NCBI GenBank assembly: GCA_964248365.1
Contig: CAXTYC010000067.1
Span: forward strand, 1 to 10,420
Direction: 5' to 3'
From: an uncultured Chroococcidiopsis sp.
GTDB taxonomy: Bacteria > Cyanobacteriota > Cyanobacteriia > Cyanobacteriales > Chroococcidiopsidaceae
DNA: 10,420 nucleotides
Of this stretch, positions 1 to 7,456 are shown in pieces (positions within the stretch are counted from its first letter, which is position 1; every line of letters starts with the position of its first letter). Below the pieces are notes generated by a model. That model ran no database searches, was not told the origin of the DNA, and was given only the letters and a program-made list of their open reading frames with translations. Both the position numbers and the translations under genes were made by a program.

Positions 1-506
1 GAGGTCGCGCGTTTTTCTTCGTTCCCTTGGTTGGATTGTTTCGTTCCGTTAGGTGGAACCAATTTAACCACTGGATTCCCTAGACTCATGTCACTGCTCA
101 ACCGATTAGCGTGACGGGAATAATGTTCCAGTAAAGTTGGGGTTTTGATGTTGTGCCTCCACTTCCTTGTAGGTTACTTTTCCAGGTTCTATTTTCACCG
201 TAGATACTTCCCATTAGCATGAGAGATTTGGGGGAGAATAATTCTTCCCCAAACTCTCTCGCCAGTGTCACCCCACAACGGATGTCTGATTGCGCCCAGC
301 TCCCAGCTTCGCTCTGCCGATTTCCCCGCAGGTACTCTGAGTCGGCTCGGCGTGGGCAGATAGGGGTTCACGTCTGAGTCTGACGGGTGGGACTTTCACC
401 CACATACAACCGAGAGTTCAACCTTTTAATGACAGTAATCTGCTGTCAGGTTGGGTAGCTTATGCTACGGGCTGATTACCGAGATTCGGCTACCAACGAA
501 TCGCAC
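1..506 (-). mobile_element. Group II intron (IIB/chloroplast-like type), 5' part (domain I); inner intron of a twintron; continues past the window's left edge
   Basis: Minus strand starts GTGCGATTCGTT at 506 (GUGYG 5' consensus), followed by stems GGTAGC..GCTACC and CAACCT..AGGTTG, the Ic motif GGGTGAAAGTCCC, an AACCTGGAAA Id-like motif and a candidate EBS1 hairpin at 55-79. No RT ORF or domain V is in the window. Confidence 0.9.
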
Positions 507-580
507 TAGTTGTCAAGGTTCAAACCTTGTGGGTAATCCTCCGCTCTTTTCAGAGCTAGTTTCTACCCAACGAACCGCAC
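507..580 (-). mobile_element. First 74 nt of a second (outer) group II intron, interrupted by the inner intron
   Basis: Minus strand GTGCGGTTCGTTGG at 580, nearly identical to the inner intron start, then GGGTAG..TTACCC and CAAGGT-TTGA-ACCTTG stems. It begins exactly where the nuclease-like protein sequence ends. Confidence 0.8.
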
Positions 581-1120
581 AAACCAATTTTTACCAACTT
601 CTAATGGACTGAATGAATTATTCCACTTCTTACTGTTTTTCCAGGTTTTAGCTTTGATATCCTCCACCACAAAAGCAGTAATGGGAAACATCTTGGCAAG
701 CCATTGGCAAATACGTAACTTCCACTGCCATCTAGCTTTTGTAGAGGGTGGTAGCTTCTGGGTATTAACTAATCTGTTGGCGCGATTTTGACGTAATGGA
801 GTTTTTCTAAATCGTCTAGCTCATCGCATATTACGGCGGGTTTGAACGGCATCTTTTACCCAATCAACCGCATGAAGAAGCAAGTTCAAGTAAGTATGGG
901 ATTGCGATTTCAAACTAATCGCCTCCCTTTTAGACCCACTATCAACCCCTGCCGCGATTGGTTGAATATTACGGTTTGATGGCTCTACATTTAGTCGAAC
1001 ACAAAATACTCCGCGTTTCCAAAATGGGGTAGCCTTACCCGACTTTATCCACCTTCTAGCTCTAGAAGGCGTTGTTGGCATCAGGGGACGTTGATTACTA
1101 TCGACAACTGGAACAAACAT
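581..1120 (-). pseudogene. isrB: IsrB/IscB-family OMEGA nuclease (RRXRR/PLMP), most like IsrB; premature stop and intron insertion
   Basis: PLMP motif (QRPLMPTTPSRARR), RuvC-I (AGVDSGSK), Arg-rich bridge helix broken by TGA at 823-821 (RRNMR*ARRFRKTP). The frame continues 80 codons: ...LPPSTKARWQWKLRICQWLAKMFPITAFVVEDIKAKT...SFSPLEVGKNWF, including the RuvC-II VVED motif. Confidence 0.85.
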
Positions 1121-1352
1121 TAAGATAAGTCCTATTTCTAGGTATGTACCTCCCTTCGCCTCTGGCTAACTCAGAAATACAAGACTTGGGAAGCATCCTG
1201 TATGTGATGCAGGACTGCCACGCCCAGTTAGCTCAGGTTACGTTTTCCGCACAGGCTAGACAACTATTTAGTCTTGTTGGAACTAATTGGCTTTTAGTTC
1301 TTCACAAGCCCCCGCTATATTGCTCGAATGCAATTAGCGGCGGGTAGTTGAC
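1121..1352 (-). ncRNA. omegaRNA (HEARO-like) scaffold and IS200/IS605 element end
   Basis: Minus strand starts GTCAACTACCC at 1352, then a CCGCTA..TAGCGG hairpin and GGGGCTTG, later GGATGCTTCCCAAGTC and GGCGAAGGGA motifs. About 230 nt directly upstream of the nuclease ATG, as in IscB/IsrB loci. Confidence 0.8.
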
Positions 1353-1618
1353 TGGGACTGTGAGTGTTGGCTGGAAGGATGACAGCATTTGATAAAGCTT
1401 TCACTATGTGCCGTATTTAAGCTTATTTGAGCGTTAGCAACTCTCAGTCCTGACGTGCGATCACAATCCACTAAACTACCTTTGTGGTTAGCGTAAAAAA
1501 CTAGGCATTAAAGAGCATGAGCAATTCTGTTAAGATGCTGTAGCTTTGGCATACTTCTGTGTCTGTCGTGATGGATTACTAATACGAGTCGCACTAACAA
1601 CGCCTTGAACCAAGCCTA

Positions 1619-1897
1619 TTACGACCAGGGTAGCCTAGAGGTGATCGCGCCCAGCAGCACGATAAACCCTAATGTCCGCCGGAAGTAGTTAACGCCCTCA
1701 AACAGTTCTAGCCACGCCCAGGTAAACAAGGAGCCAAATGCAATTGCGTCTAGCCCAGTGTGAATGTTGCCAGGAGGGGGAATTAGGTTGAGCAAAGTCG
1801 CTGCTAGCCAGACGAGAATCGGCAAATTAGGCATCTGAGCCAGAACAATATTGCCCTGGCTGTCCCGAAAAGTGCGATTGAACAGAGTGTCTTCCAT
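1619..1897 (-). CDS. Small hypothetical membrane protein (92 aa)
   Basis: ATG at 1897 (MEDTLFNRTFRDSQGNIVLAQMPNLP...) with about three hydrophobic segments and FTWAWLELFEGVNYFRR. The upstream extension to 2017 looks non-coding. Confidence 0.75.
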   Translation of the reverse strand: MEDTLFNRTFRDSQGNIVLAQMPNLPILVWLAATLLNLIPPPGNIHTGLDAIAFGSLFTWAWLELFEGVNYFRRTLGFIVLLGAITSRLPWS

Positions 1898-2220
1898 ATC
1901 TTTGAATATACCAAATGCCGTATCTTTGAGTGTAATGTATGCACTTGCTCTTTCAACCCTCGTAGCAGAACTCTTACTGTAGGACGATAAATCCTGCTCA
2001 AGTCTGGCTGGGTACAACTAGAGTTGGGGCTTTATCTGCCGCCAATGGCATAAATCTGCACTGTGCAACAGCGTTCATATTATCGCTTTGTTGTAGCTAA
2101 TGTGAGTGAAGTACCAATTGGTAGCTACCAAAATTCAAGTATTCAAGGCTTTTTAGCTTGGTAGTAGATTGCAAAGCGTGATCATACCGTAATAGCTTCA
2201 ACGGATAACCGCTCTAAGTT

Positions 2221-2246
2221 TCATAATCTAATCAGTTAGATTATGA
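2221..2246. promoter_or_regulatory. Perfect 11-4-11 inverted repeat, putative operator
   Basis: TCATAATCTAA-TCAG-TTAGATTATGA, ending 31 nt before the ATG at 2278. Confidence 0.55.
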
Positions 2247-2277
2247 GTATGGCGCAACTTTTTTGACTCTATTACAC

Positions 2278-2535
2278 ATGGCTATCCCCGATCTCGATTC
2301 CGAAGCTATTGACCGCATTGTAGAAATGGCGTGGGAAGACCGCACCCCCTTTGAAGCGATCACTTTACAGTTTGGGCTAGATGAAAATCAAGTCATTGCT
2401 CTAATGCGGCAACAAATGCTTGAGTCTAGTTTCAAAATGTGGCGTAAGCGTGTCAATGGGCGCAAAACCAAACACCTCAAACAGCGTGACTTCGTCCAAG
2501 GGCGGTTTCGCTCTCAAAATCAAAAGGGTTCGTGA
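2278..2535 (+). CDS. TIGR03643 (DUF2805) family protein
   Basis: Characteristic DRIVEMAWEDRTPFEAI..QFGL.E..VI.LMR....SSFKMWRKRV.GRKTKH motif. Confidence 0.9.
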   Translation: MAIPDLDSEAIDRIVEMAWEDRTPFEAITLQFGLDENQVIALMRQQMLESSFKMWRKRVNGRKTKHLKQRDFVQGRFRSQNQKGS

Positions 2536-2548
2536 TTTGGTAGACACG

Positions 2549-3010
2549 ATGATCCGCCTAATGCTTGTAGCAACTTTTCTGGTTTGTCTACTAGTTGCCG
2601 TCCTTGTGATTGCTGGTTACTCTAAAACAACAGCGATGATAATTTGGTTTTTGGGTAGTGGGTTAGTGCATATAGTCAAGCACCTTAAACATGGGCAAAA
2701 ACTGAATTCACTCCATATAGAAAAACTCGATCTACTAGATACAGAATATGCAGCAATTATTGCAGCTAGTAGAAACATAACTGGTGAAACGCTCTATAAT
2801 CCCGCTGCTGTCGTTAAAGACATTGTTAGCTATCGTACTGCGACAAAGCAGAGTGTGAAAGACGTTTTGCTTTATCGCTTGGGTAATCACTTACAATTAT
2901 TTACCGCACAACAGAAGCAAGAGATTTCACAGCACAACAAACAGCTTGACGACGATGGGCGGCTGTGGATGAAGGAGGTTGTGTTGGAAAGATTTGGCAT
3001 TACCCTCTGA
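2549..3010 (+). CDS. Hypothetical protein with two N-terminal transmembrane segments (153 aa)
   Basis: ATG at 2549, 13 nt after the upstream stop; hydrophobic N-terminus then a soluble helical-looking domain. Confidence 0.6.
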   Translation: MIRLMLVATFLVCLLVAVLVIAGYSKTTAMIIWFLGSGLVHIVKHLKHGQKLNSLHIEKLDLLDTEYAAIIAASRNITGETLYNPAAVVKDIVSYRTATKQSVKDVLLYRLGNHLQLFTAQQKQEISQHNKQLDDDGRLWMKEVVLERFGITL

Positions 3011-3116
3011 AAACTAAATGGTAGTGTGATCGCTTTAACAAAAGAAACTTTTTCTCCGGCTTTGTATTGGTACAAAAAAGGTAAATGGTTATTTAATTTC
3101 TCATGCGGCAGAGTAG

Positions 3117-3305
3117 CTAATTCTCTGGTTCGCTATTAATTTCGATATCCAGGGTTTGTTCATCAATAACAAGGAAAAGCACATTAGGCTGACAGCAAAC
3201 CTGGCAATCTTCAATATATGACTGCTGCCCTCCTGCACTGATGTCAACAAAAGTCATATTTGGTTCGCCGCAGTAAGCACAAGTATATTCAGCAGTATTT
3301 TCCAT
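3117..3305 (-). CDS. CPXCG-motif cysteine-rich protein (Cys_rich_CPXG, zinc-ribbon-like)
   Basis: CAYCGE..N...VD.SAG.QQSYIEDCQVCCQP signature, 62 aa. Confidence 0.9.
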   Translation of the reverse strand: MENTAEYTCAYCGEPNMTFVDISAGGQQSYIEDCQVCCQPNVLFLVIDEQTLDIEINSEPEN

Positions 3306-3363
3306 TTAGAGAAAAATTAGGATAAATCGGTTGCAACTTCTTCAACATGAATTCTTATGCCTA

Positions 3364-4566
3364 CTATTGTGAGCTTTGTTTCTTGAGTCTTGCCCTAGAT
3401 GGGGAAGCAGTTTTACGCCTATTGGTCGTCTTTGTGGCAGATTTACCCTTTGCTGGTGTCTTTGAATCCGGCTTGCCCTTTGCTGCTGGCTTTGAAGTAG
3501 CTTCTACTTCTGGTGACGCTTGGGGCATAGCTTCTGATTCTACTGTCGGTTGAGCAGCCGTTTCTGGCTCTAATGCCGGATTGGAGGTTGCCCCACCAGA
3601 GGGTTCTTCTTGGGCTTGAGTGTCCTCCTGTCGGTTTGGAGCTATTTTGGCAGGGAACTTGCGCGTTCCTTGTGTCTTTGAAGACGACTTGCGCTTTGCT
3701 GCTATTTTTGAAGTAGCATCTTCCTCTCCTGTTAGCTCAGAATTCGTTTGTGACTCTACTGGGGGTTGAGCAGTAGTTTCTGCCTCTGCTGATGGTAGAT
3801 CATCAGTTTCTATTTCTGCTATCGGGTCTAAAGTTTCCCTGCTCTGGGGTTCTTCTATTGCTTGATTACCTTTGTCTTGGCGCTGCTTTGTGGTTCTGGC
3901 AGCAGATTTATGCCTTGCTGGTATCTTGTCAGTAGATTTGCGCTTTGCTGCTGGTTTTAGCTTCGTTTTCGTCTGTGCTATTAGCTCAGGAGTTGTTTCT
4001 GGCTCTGCTAATGGTTGGGGCGTAATTTGTGCCTCTGCTGGTAGTAGATCCGCCTTTTTTGGCTCTAGTGTCTGGTTTGAAGTTGTTTGACTTTCAGGTT
4101 CTGCTGTTTGAGTTTGAGCTTGATTGTCCTGGTCTTGCTGCTTTGATGAATTAGAAGATTTATGCCGTGTTGTTTTTGAAGAAGATTTGCGCTTTGACGG
4201 AGGTGCGCTCTTAGTTTCACCTTGGGATTCAGGCGCTTGGGCTGGGGCTGAATGCACTTCTAGTGAGGACAATTCGACAGTAACTACACCTTTTGTTTGT
4301 GCTGTGACAAGAGCAACTACCATTTGATTTTGTGGGTTGTGCTGCGAAAACTCGAATTGCAAGGTAGGTAGCCCCATTTGTCTTGCATATCGCTTAATCT
4401 GGCTTGGCTTTAAAAACGAGGCTGACATTTGTGATACTTCCCCACTAGGGTAGTAATTCACCAACAATACTCCTGCTCCCCCGTCGGCAGACATTTCTCG
4501 GTAATAAGTACTCAGGCTGGGTAGGTCCCCGCTCAATAACTGCTTTAATTGTCCAGAAGAATCCAT
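3364..4566 (-). CDS. Hypothetical 400-aa protein: ~100-aa globular N-domain plus repetitive low-complexity tail
   Basis: Long open frame; tail rich in K/S/T/E/P/Q/A with recurring KRKS motifs. Confidence 0.8.
   Translation of the reverse strand: MDSSGQLKQLLSGDLPSLSTYYREMSADGGAGVLLVNYYPSGEVSQMSASFLKPSQIKRYARQMGLPTLQFEFSQHNPQNQMVVALVTAQTKGVVTVELSSLEVHSAPAQAPESQGETKSAPPSKRKSSSKTTRHKSSNSSKQQDQDNQAQTQTAEPESQTTSNQTLEPKKADLLPAEAQITPQPLAEPETTPELIAQTKTKLKPAAKRKSTDKIPARHKSAARTTKQRQDKGNQAIEEPQSRETLDPIAEIETDDLPSAEAETTAQPPVESQTNSELTGEEDATSKIAAKRKSSSKTQGTRKFPAKIAPNRQEDTQAQEEPSGGATSNPALEPETAAQPTVESEAMPQASPEVEATSKPAAKGKPDSKTPAKGKSATKTTNRRKTASPSRARLKKQSSQ
3440..4215 (-). repeat. Degenerate intragenic tandem repeat, 249-bp (83-aa) period
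   Basis: TTGCGCTTT anchors at 4187, 3938 and 3689 (249 apart) and variant TTGCCCTTT at 3473 (216 further). Repeat boundaries are approximate. Confidence 0.75.
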
Positions 4567-4924
4567 TTATAATCTACTTGCAATAATCACATCTACACTA
4601 CAACATCTAGATTACCTATCCGATTGGTACTTTTCGCGCCCCATGCGAATCGCGCGATTCGTCACTTACGCTTGAGGTATTTCTACCGCTGTGCGTGTAT
4701 TCTTTGTTTCTGGATGCTCATATCTAAGTGATGTTGTCTAATTGCATCATAAAATACAAAAATAAAACTCTCTAGCAGCTTTGCGGTTAACTTTAAGTAC
4801 GCCTTCGAGTAACCAGTCAGTCATGGCAAAAGTATCCTTGAGGTGCTGCCCATTCCAAGCAATGACTGTGTGGAATATAAATTCAGCCCTAGTATCAGCA
4901 CTCTTGCTCAAAACAACAACTGTT

Positions 4925-4932
4925 GCGATCGC
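4925..4932. repeat. HIP1 octamer (also at 5709-5716, 9791-9798, 9861-9868)
   Basis: GCGATCGC occurs four times in 10.4 kb, typical of cyanobacteria. Confidence 0.8.
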
Positions 4933-5130
4933 TCATAATCACTTTGGCAGCGGCTGATACTGATAGATACCGTTAATAGTAAGAAAGCCAAGCAGTAGTA
5001 TAAAAATTCGCTCTTCATCTGCCGCTCTAGTCGTTGACATAGGCTTGCCACCATTAAGCAACAATCTTAGGCTGTCGGCGCTGCTATAGTCAAAGCGCAG
5101 TTCACGCAAGGCGCGCCACCTTGGTTTTAT

Positions 5131-5800
5131 ATGCTCATCGTCCACCATCTCAACGTCTCCCAGTCCGAGCGGATCGTCTGGCTACTAGAAGAACTAGATC
5201 TGCCGTATGAACTGCGCGTGTACCAACGCGATCCGGTCACACAGTTTGCTCCACTCGAACTGCGCTCCGTTCATCCGCTCGGCAGTGCGCCCGTTCTGCG
5301 CGATGGCGAGATCGTGATAGCCGAGTCCGGTGCGATTATTGATTACGTACTAGCCCGCTATGGTCAGGGGCGGCTCACCATACCTATCACATCAGCGCAG
5401 TATCCCGACTATTTGTACTGGTTCCACTACGCGAACAGTAGTTTAATGCCGCAGATCAGCTTGGAACTGGATTGCGGGGATCGTTGCGGGAGCGGGCAGC
5501 GATTCTCCACTGCTATCCGCCCTACACGAGCGGCTTGATCGCCACTTGCAGATGGTCGAAGATTACCTGTCGCGTGCGACCTACTTTGCTGGGACACAGT
5601 TCACAGCTGCCGACATCATGATGCACTTCCCGTTCGGCACGATGAAGGCGTTCTACGACGTTGGTCTTGATAACCGTCCGAATGTCAAGGCGTGGCTTGC
5701 CAGGATTAGCGATCGCCCTGCCTACCAACGTGCGATGAAGGTGGCGGGACACGAGCCAGACCCTGCGCTCGACTGGGGAGCGACGCGAAGTGCGTTTTGA
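5131..5800 (+). pseudogene. Glutathione S-transferase family protein, single frameshift
   Basis: N-domain MLIVHHLNVSQSERIVWLLEEL..HPLGSAPVL..IAESGAIIDY. Removing one base near 5463-5464 gives ..QISLNWIAGIVAG..LHERLDRHLQMVEDYL..FAGTQFTAADIMM..KAWLARISDRPAYQRA, the GST C-domain. Confidence 0.9.
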
Positions 5801-6047
5801 CATTTGTCGTTTGCGCTTGCCGCCATACAACTAACTAAGTATTACACTTAGACTTTTTGTCAGTTCAGGGTTTCAAGCCCCGTTAACATCTATGCCACAA
5901 ACATTCTCTGAATTTGGCTGTGACTTCCTTTTGGGGTATTTCTGGTCACTTGGGCTGGATGGTTACTAGAAAAAATGATTAATCTACTCTTAAAGAAACC
6001 AGCCTCTTTTGTTAGCAGTTTGGCTCTCAAGCTCAAAGCCACAAACG

Positions 6048-6344
6048 TTAACAGATTAAACCGGATGCAAGTTCACGAGTGATTAAAATTTGGAACTTGC
6101 CAGCAGGAATACTGGTGCTGAGCCGTCGCACAAACAAGTGATAAGTTCCTGTGTCAGTACGAACATCTCGTTCAATCGCTACTAAGGGCGCATTACTCTT
6201 CGAGCTATCTTCTAAAAGATAGCAGGCATCTAACAAGGCTTCAAGCACAATAGGGTTGCCTGCTCCTACTATTGCCTTTTCAACTATAGCGGCAGCCCCA
6301 AGTCGAAGGCGATTCTTGAAGTCAACAGCAGGGTTAAGAGCCAC
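6048..6344 (-). CDS. Hypothetical protein (98 aa)
   Basis: GTG-start ORF preceded by the SD-like AGGAGAGGTGG; no recognisable motif. Confidence 0.4.
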   Translation of the reverse strand: MALNPAVDFKNRLRLGAAAIVEKAIVGAGNPIVLEALLDACYLLEDSSKSNAPLVAIERDVRTDTGTYHLFVRRLSTSIPAGKFQILITRELASGLIC

Positions 6345-6533
6345 ATCGTAATTCCACCTCTCCTAACATATCAATCTACATTAACCTACCAGCAGTCCTC
6401 AACAATCATGCGCTTTTTATAATCTTTTCAGCTTGCGTCAAGGTCACGCCAGCCTAACCAACACAATACGGCTGGCTGTAGGGCTTGGCAGAGTAGCAGT
6501 ATGGCGAGTGCCTGATTTGAGATGGGGGAACGG

Positions 6534-6659
6534 GGTATTATCAACTTAACTGGGTACGTTCAGAATTAAGCACAATCATTCTTCAATCATCAGGTTCGCT
6601 CAATTTAAGCGGCAGTTTTCAGGCAAGCGACTTCTTGCCAATCTTGAAATCGTTGGCGC
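6534..6659 (-). mobile_element. IS6-family remnant: terminal IR plus transposase 3' end
   Basis: IR GGTATTATCAACTTA (6534-6548); minus-strand RQRFQDWQEVACLKTAA* with stop at 6605-6607; paralogous to 7952-8142. Confidence 0.75.
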
Positions 6660-7050
6660 GTTGAAGAATATCATAAAATTCTGAAGTCAGGGTGCAAAGT
6701 TGAAGATTATCGCCTTGCCGCCACTAGTATGGAAGCAATGCTCGGTTTCTTGACAGTTATTGCGGCTGAATTATTACGAGTCACTTATCTTCATCGCACT
6801 CAACCAGATACTCCTGCCGCAGCTATCTTGTCTTCAATCCAACTGGATGTTCTCAAGGCAAAGTTTGCCAACTTGCCAAAAGTACTGATGGTTGCTTGGG
6901 CTGTTGCGGCTGTCGCACGCTTAGGGGGATACCTGGAACATCGAAAGAAAATACCAATTGGCATCATGGTACTTTGGCGTGGCTGGTTAAAATTGACATC
7001 TCTTTGTGAGGTTTGGCAACTTGCCCAACAGACTTAACGGGAAAAGTCAC
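6651..7050 (+). mobile_element. IS4-family (IS50/Tn5-like) transposase C-terminal fragment with right end
   Basis: RWRVEEYHKILKSGCKVE (YREK region) in frame with ORF 6729-7037 (VARLGGYL..GIMVLWRGW, Tn5-type dimerisation domain). ACTTAACGGGAAAAGTCA from 7032 resembles an IS50-type end. Confidence 0.85.
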
Positions 7051-7456
7051 GTGCGTTGGACGATTGAAAGCTGTTTTCAAAGTGCCTGCATGCGAGGTTC
7101 GTCTCGATCAGTATGAAGTACGCTCTTGGCGAGCGTTGGTATCGTTACATTACATTATCAATGCTGGCACATGCGTTTCTCACAGTATTAAAAGCCTCAT
7201 ACCTTGAGGTAAAAAAAGGGGCAATTCCCGCACAAAACAGTTTATTCGAGTTCACAAAGAGGCGTGGCCTTTATTATCTTTAACGTTATCCGAAGTAAGA
7301 AAGTTACTCGGATATTTATTTCAAGAGAAATTGCCTTCGATTGAAAAGCGATTATATTGGTTAAGTTGGCGTAGAAGACATAAAACTATCGCACAATACT
7401 ACGACTACAAACGCCGCAGAGCAAGGGTTATAGGCTATCTACAACTGTCTTACTAA
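7051..7456 (+). mobile_element. IS701-family transposase C-terminal fragment, degenerate
   Basis: RWTIESCFQ / EVRLDQYEVRSW / WYRYITLSMLAHAFLTV across frameshifts; tail LTLSEVRKLL..WRRRH..YYDYKRR..YLQLSY* ending at TAA 7454-7456. Confidence 0.8.

Noticed and set aside
1144..1347. 67-aa plus-strand ORF
   Set aside because: Antisense to the omegaRNA scaffold; no protein features.
1480..1594. Minus-strand GTGCGACTCG at 1594 as a third group II intron start
   Set aside because: No domain I stems or GGGTGAAAGTCCC-like motif follow; probably chance.
1804..3075. ORFs 1804-2001 and 2887-3075, and the 2420 start extension
   Set aside because: They overlap better-supported genes in other frames or on the other strand.
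3347..4327. Plus-strand ORFs 3347-3553, 3872-4090 and 4124-4327
   Set aside because: Antisense shadows of the repetitive 400-aa gene.
4939..5830. Minus-strand ORFs 4939-5148 and 5522-5830
   Set aside because: Overlap or are antisense to the GST; no motifs.
6284..6346. 20-aa hydrophobic ORF MWLLTLLLTSRIAFDLGLPL behind the strong SD, as a type I toxin
   Set aside because: Too short to support, overlaps the 98-aa ORF, and no antitoxin RNA evidence.
6361..6533. CCTAAC motifs (6362, 6453) as further attC sites
   Set aside because: Could not pair them with a complementary GTT box or build an attC stem.
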